A DNA stretch of 64,000 nucleotides, taken from Podospora anserina. Lineage: Eukaryota. The stretch's first letter is position 1, and each line of letters starts with the position of its first letter. A program made the translations under genes and the position numbers. The notes under the pieces were generated by a model. The model worked only from the letters and a program-made list of their open reading frames with translations. It was not told the origin of the DNA and did no database searches. The stretch lies in NCBI GenBank assembly GCA_017654855.1, contig CM030333.1, forward strand, positions 2,356,001 to 2,420,000, written 5' to 3'. Below, in pieces: positions 58,570-64,000 of this stretch.

Positions 58570-59908
58570 GGGGGTTGTTTAACGAGGCAGGGGCTCGGAG
58601 GGGAGCTGATCTCGGGGGTTGGGAAGGGGGTGGTGCTGGGCGGAGGGGGAGGGTTATCTGCGGTGGGGGGGCGGGAGCTGGGGAGTGGCTTTTGGGGGTT
58701 GATGCTCCTGATGAGTCGGAGGAGTAATCCCGATTTAGGTGGTCGAAGCGGGGGTGTTGGTGGATGTGGACTGGGGGTGGGATACGTTTTCTGTCTCGTT
58801 CGTGGCTGGAGGGTTTTTGTGGCCAGGTCGGATCCGCTGGAGAGGACGTCCTCGCTCCTCGTCTGGATGTCCCTGTTGGCGGCGGCGGGGGGGTTCTATA
58901 TCGTCGACTCCCTACAGAGGCTATTGACTCTGGTAGGGTAGCCAGTGCTTCTGGGGTGTTAGTTCCTGAGCGTTTCTGCTGGCTGGGCGAGGACCCTGTA
59001 CTATCTGGCGATGACTTCAACGGGCGGCGCCCGAGAAGCTGTCTGCCGATGACACCAAATATCGACGGCGAGGCGGGCCTCCTATCCTTCAGCTTGGGCG
59101 GCGCCATCCAACTCCCTTCAAAGGTAGTCAACCCTTTTCCGCAGGGTGGGTTCGGGCAGGTCAGGTAAGTCCTGTTACCAAGCTGACATCTGCAATACGG
59201 GCACTGGCCCCGACGCACAGCTTCCGTGGTCTGGATTTTGCATTCTCTAGGCAAGGAATGTGTTGCCGCTGCTGGTACCCGAGGAGGCTCGGCCTTTTCC
59301 CTTCCCCTTCCGCGCGAGATATCTCTTTCCACCACGCCCTCTTTCACCGATGGCGGAGTGACCTGCTGCAAATACCTCTGCCTCTCCTTGCTCTTGTTCG
59401 GCACCAGCGGACGAGGGACAGGTGATTCCAAATACGTCCTGTCGTTATGCTCACTGACACTCCTCCGAGCACCCCGTGAACCTTCTTGAAACGAGTCGAC
59501 GTGCACCTCCTGACTCAACCCGCTCGGAGTATAGATATTCGAATGCCCTCGTGCGTGAGGTTCGTGATGTTGAGACTGCTGAAACCGGCCCGGGTGACCT
59601 CCAGTGTAGTCAGGAATTTTCCAGTACGACCTCGCCGGCCTGACCTTTTCTTCTTCCCCTTCACTATCACTATCCTCTTTGACGGCCTTGTGCCAGCTCG
59701 AGATCGTGTCGCCGCACTCCTCCTCCGACGGCGCTTCAACAGGCGTGATGATCCTGTGTGGGCGGTCCGGCGTGTGTACCATGCGAAACTGTTCAGCTTC
59801 TCCTTTGTCCTCAATCCCTTTGGAACGCAACCGGCTCAAGTCGCGAAGCTTTTGAGAGAGGCCAATCGGTCGAGGGCTCGGTGGTTCGTTGGGCATTACG
59901 ACAACCAT
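57800..59908 (-). CDS. Hypothetical Pro/Ser-rich disordered protein with a zinc-ribbon-like motif and polyQ
   Basis: 702-aa ORF; CPYCRC...CPNPPC; (CAA)n polyQ at ~58525-58570. Confidence 0.7.
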
Positions 59909-60215
59909 TCAGGGGTGAACACATATGAGTTGAAAGATCTCAGTTCCAGGTTGACGTCCGAGCATTTTGATCAAGTTCATGCAGTGGCGGAGCTGAACTC
60001 GAGATGTTCCTAGATTCTCTTTATAGCAGCCATGATACCAAGTACAGTTTTCTTTGTGCAAAGCCTCGACTCGTGATTGTCCCCCCTTCTACTTCAGATC
60101 AAAAACAAAGAACTCCCGCTTTTGCCATGCTGCGTACGCAACTCCATTTGCGTCATGCTACCTCGGGGCCCGCCATGTTGCTCCATCCCGACAAGTCCGA
60201 AGACAATGCTATCGT

Positions 60216-63200
60216 CTAAAGACTGACGGTCACTGTCATGTTGTTGCTCAGAACCAGCAAGGTGGGCGGCAGGCCGTTGCACAACACCTCGACATCAGAC
60301 AGATATGCCAGACTCGCCTCCTCACTTTGACAGGTGTTCTCTTCGGGAATAGGAAGTGTGGTGAACAAGACAGCCGTGTCCTTGCTTTGCTTATGCATCA
60401 GCTCGTTGAGAATCAAATGCTGCGCGCGGCTCGGGAGATCGTTGAATGACAAAGCCAACCCCTGAGTAGAGTAGCTCGAGCCGTTATTGTTGCTGGCGTC
60501 GTCGTCAGGAAGCTGGTAAGAGTCGAGCAAGCTGGCAATGTTGAGTGAAGCGTCGCCACCATTATCCTGTCCCTTTGATGCCGAGTTCCGACGCGACCTT
60601 GCCGGGGACTTGATACCCTCTGCAAACGCAACCTTTTTATCGGCCACGTTATCATCGCTTCCGAGAAGCGGTGCATCCTCGGCCATTCTGGCTGACAAAC
60701 CGATAACTGAACCTTGTCGGGAAAAGGCAGGGCTGCGTGTCCCAGAATCTTCGGCAAACATGATTCTTGGGCCGGTGCCTTCCTCGTTGGTGATTGTGGT
60801 CTGAGGGACGAGGTTGCTGGAGAATCTCATTGCCGTCGATCCTTGGCGCGCCAAAGGGGGTCTTTCGGGCTTCAAGATCCCACGCTTGGCTTGGGGCGAT
60901 GTTGACCGCTCCCCACCGTTGCTGGGTCGGTTGACGCTTAGGTCACTCGCAGTCCGTGGAACCGGTGTTATTGACCCATAAGACCGCGGTGTCGATGAGT
61001 GCGAACCCTTTGGCCTCCTCTCTTTCCTTGGGCTTCTTGGTGCCGGGGCGAGTACATCTCCGTAGCTTCTTCGCCGGCGGATTGTCGCGAGGAGGGGACG
61101 CCTTGTGCCATCTTCACCCTCGCTTGCCACACTGTCCGCGTCATTGAACGTCCCGTCTGCGCCAGCCGTGCCGGAGGAGTCGCTGTCGCTATCGCTATCA
61201 ATGCCAATATCCGAGTCCGAGCTGTCAAAGACGTTAAAGGGCAGGTTTTGTGTGTGAATGCCCATGCTGATGCCCATCTTGACCAGCTGCGACACTGTCG
61301 GCTTCTTGGGAAGTTCCGTCAGCTGCGCCAAACTATGGCGCCGCCTTTCGAGTCCTTCCTGCGGCGGGGCATGGGGATTGTAGAGTCCCGGCCGTCCCGA
61401 CGTAGATTCAACGACGTGTGATATCGAGGCAAATTCTTGTGAGCCCGTCATCGACCGGCTGCTGCGGTAGTTTTGCAAATCCTCCCACCATTCTTGGTTC
61501 TTGAGACACTCGTTAACCACATTATCCGTCTCTGGACTCTTGTAATGGCCCTGGATGATGGTCTCGTAAGTCGAGAGGTCACCAGAGGCGAGCCAAAAGA
61601 CCAAGATTTCGGCGTCGATTCTGAGCTTGTTGAGCAGCGTCTTGAGTCTGACCTTTTCTTCGGCGACCTCGCTTTCGTATTCGACAAAGACGAGCACTCG
61701 AAGCTTGTGTGCTGCTTTCCAAGCGGGTACGGTGTGAAGGATGAACCCAAGCTGAAGAATCAATGTGTCTGTGCCGGTCAGAAAGGATCTGTCTCCACGT
61801 GTCAGAGGTGGTGTGTGACTTACATGTGTCAAAATTGGTGGTCAAAACGCTCTGACCATCAGCACTAATCGCAGCAGACATCTGGATAGGCCACAAGTCG
61901 ATGTACTTCTTGGTGTTCGTCTTATCCTTCCGAGGCGTTTCAAGCGTATCAAATCCTTTGCCAATCGCAACGTTCAGACGGTACCTCAGAGCCAAGTCTT
62001 CCAGGATCGTCATGTAACTCGTGGCAGACATCATGTCTTCAGTCTTGATCGCATCGGTGGGCAACGACCCTTCCATCAAGCGCGCCGATGTGTCTCCTCT
62101 CTTCCTCCTGCGGACCGGAGTCTCCGTCTTGTCGTCTGTCCGGGCAGCCGTTGCGGGGGAGATGGGCGCCTCAGGAACCTGGAGGGAGGACTGGGAGCGG
62201 CGCAAGTCATCCATGTTATAAAATCCAAGCACTGCGATGTTGGGCCTCATGCCCCCTAGGCCTGCAGACAAGATCAGGTTTCTGACACCCCAGGTGATGG
62301 ATGGAGACATGGCGAGCTGCACAAAGGCCTTGATCCTTGAGTATTCGGAGATGTACTTGGACCAAGCCGTTTGTTGCATCTTGGCCTCGTTGACGCCCAT
62401 GGTGAAGTCGTCAGTGACGATGACATGGCCGAGGATGTAGAGGGAGCCCTTCTTCATCGAGTTGCAGAACTGAATAAGGCGGGTTTGCCGTCTCGGGTTA
62501 TTGATGAGCAGGATGATCTGGGGTCTCCAGAACTTGATGTGCTCGGGCTTGAGACGTAGCAGGTACTTGCGCACTTGATGATAGATCAAGTTTTGCGAAA
62601 CGTCACCCCAGTGCTTGGGGGGACTCAGATAGTGAATCAGCAGGAACAAAAAGACCAAGAGGCAGACGGCCGTGGTGGCATAGGTCTCATCAATAAAGAA
62701 CATGGCAGCGGCCGAGAGGATGCTGCCAATGAAGGCCGTTTGCCAGTTGAAGAATTTGAAGCCCGGTCTGAAGTTGGGCGCCGAGCCAATCTTGAGAAGG
62801 AAACACGCAAGATTCATGACGAAGAAGGTCATCTGCTCACAGTCAGAATTCTTCCCTCACTCAATGACGGCAGCCTGTTCTCACCTGATATCCCATGGAG
62901 ATCAAGGTGGCGATCTGGTTAAGGTTGGCAAACATGGCCATCTGGGCACATATGTAGGTCAAAAAGATGGCAACGATAGGCTCGTCCGCCTTTTTCGTCC
63001 CCTTGCCGAATACTGACAGACCCGGGAATAACTTGTCTCTGGCGAGAGCTTGCATGAGCTTTGCAGAGCCAATCACTCCCATGAGGGCCGAGAAGAAGGT
63101 CGTGGCGAACTCTCCGGCAAAGATGATGGGAGGGTAGACATTTGTTTCCTGAATAACGTTGCCGTTCCGGAGAAACGAGCTGTGAGTTGTGCTAGACGCC

Positions 63201-64000
63201 AAAGAAAAGATCACCAGCAAGTAGGCAATGAGGGTCGAGAACATGGCCCATAGTGTTCCACGAGGAATGGATTTGCTGGGGTTTCGAAGGTCTCCCGACA
63301 TGGACGCACCGGCAAAGATACCCGAAGTTGCCGGAAACAAGACACCGAAGAGACTTCTAAAAGTATCAAAACCGGCATACTCCATGCCGGTAGTGTGTGG
63401 AAAGAGGTTTGCCTTCAGGGTTGCAAGACTCACGCCCGTGAACTCGATCCCCTTGTCCGCATCAATGAAGGCTGGGTTGAACACGGCTGAGAAGGGGATG
63501 CTGAGGATGGCGACGACAAGCACCACCAGAAGCGCGTTGCTGGCTTTGGCAAAGATGGAGCTTCCAGCAAGGCAAAGCCCAGTGCACACCACCAGAGCAA
63601 CCGTCTCAAAGAGATAGTCCCACCAGTATCCATGGGGCATGACATCGTAAAAGTTGAGTTTAATGCAGTCAATAAGACCGACAACGTTGAGGGCCGTGTT
63701 CAAGACCTGAGCGAGGTAGAAGAGCAGGCCGATAGAGCCGCCGAACTCGGGACCGAGAGATCGTGAGATGAGGTAGTAGGCACCTCCGCCCTTGACCTCT
63801 CCATTGGAAGCAATAGCGGAGAGCGAAAGAGTGGTCACAAAGTCTACGAGATAGGCAACGAGAAGCAGGCCTGCGAGGCAGATTAGCTTCCTGGGCGGCC
63901 GTCCATATCATGTCCATAAGCTGTACGCACCAAGCATGCCCAGTAGGCCGATTTGTCCAAGAATGAGACCGAATCTCAAGAACATGAGAATGCTGAGAAT
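60216..64000 (-). CDS. VHC1: Cation-chloride cotransporter (SLC12, Vhc1-like), 5'-partial, multi-exon
   Basis: ILSILMFLRFG, SAIASNGEVKGGGAYYLISRSLGPEFGGSIG, FPATSGIFAGASMSGDL, EHIKFWRPQIILL, GLGGMRPN and IDLWPIQM; introns near 63870-63930, 62833-62885 and 61770-61822. Confidence 0.93.

Noticed and set aside
1-64000. Transposons, CRISPR arrays, rRNA or a secondary-metabolite cluster
   Set aside because: No transposase or RT ORFs, terminal repeats, spacer arrays, 5S-like sequence or PKS/NRPS genes seen; the tandem repeats are simple micro- or minisatellites.

Overview
Eukaryotic DNA from a filamentous ascomycete, most likely a Sordariales fungus close to Podospora (inferred from short GT-AG introns with CTRAC branch points, gene content and G-rich CDS 3' ends). 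The window is mostly gene-dense core genome with about 27 protein-coding genes: TRS120, ABZ1, VPS55, PRE5, a LOG-family gene, a CLPTM1-like gene, SEC22, an ASX-homology gene, ELP5, SNRNP27-like, SMAP, RAMP4, INA17-like, MID1, YOP1, an RFX transcription factor, a CobW/ZNG1 GTPase, glycogenin, a CDF transporter, a MAG lipase and a partial cation-chloride cotransporter, among others. It also holds tRNA-Val(AAC) and a nuclear RNase P RNA gene that the ORF track does not show. Three decayed relics are present: a HET-domain fragment, a Cys-rich fragment and a HExxH metalloprotease. The most notable signals are: (1) a textbook intron (GTAAGC...TACTAAC...CAG) directly behind the RNase P RNA, suggesting spliceosome-linked 3' maturation; (2) a single in-frame UAG splitting an ASXH gene from 698 further open codons, a candidate for A-to-I stop-restoring editing; (3) a UGA-CUAG readthrough motif that would add a membrane-anchored extension to the SMAP protein; (4) a 1-nt frameshift in MID1; (5) a GC-AG intron in glycogenin. 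All calls are by eye; no searches were run.
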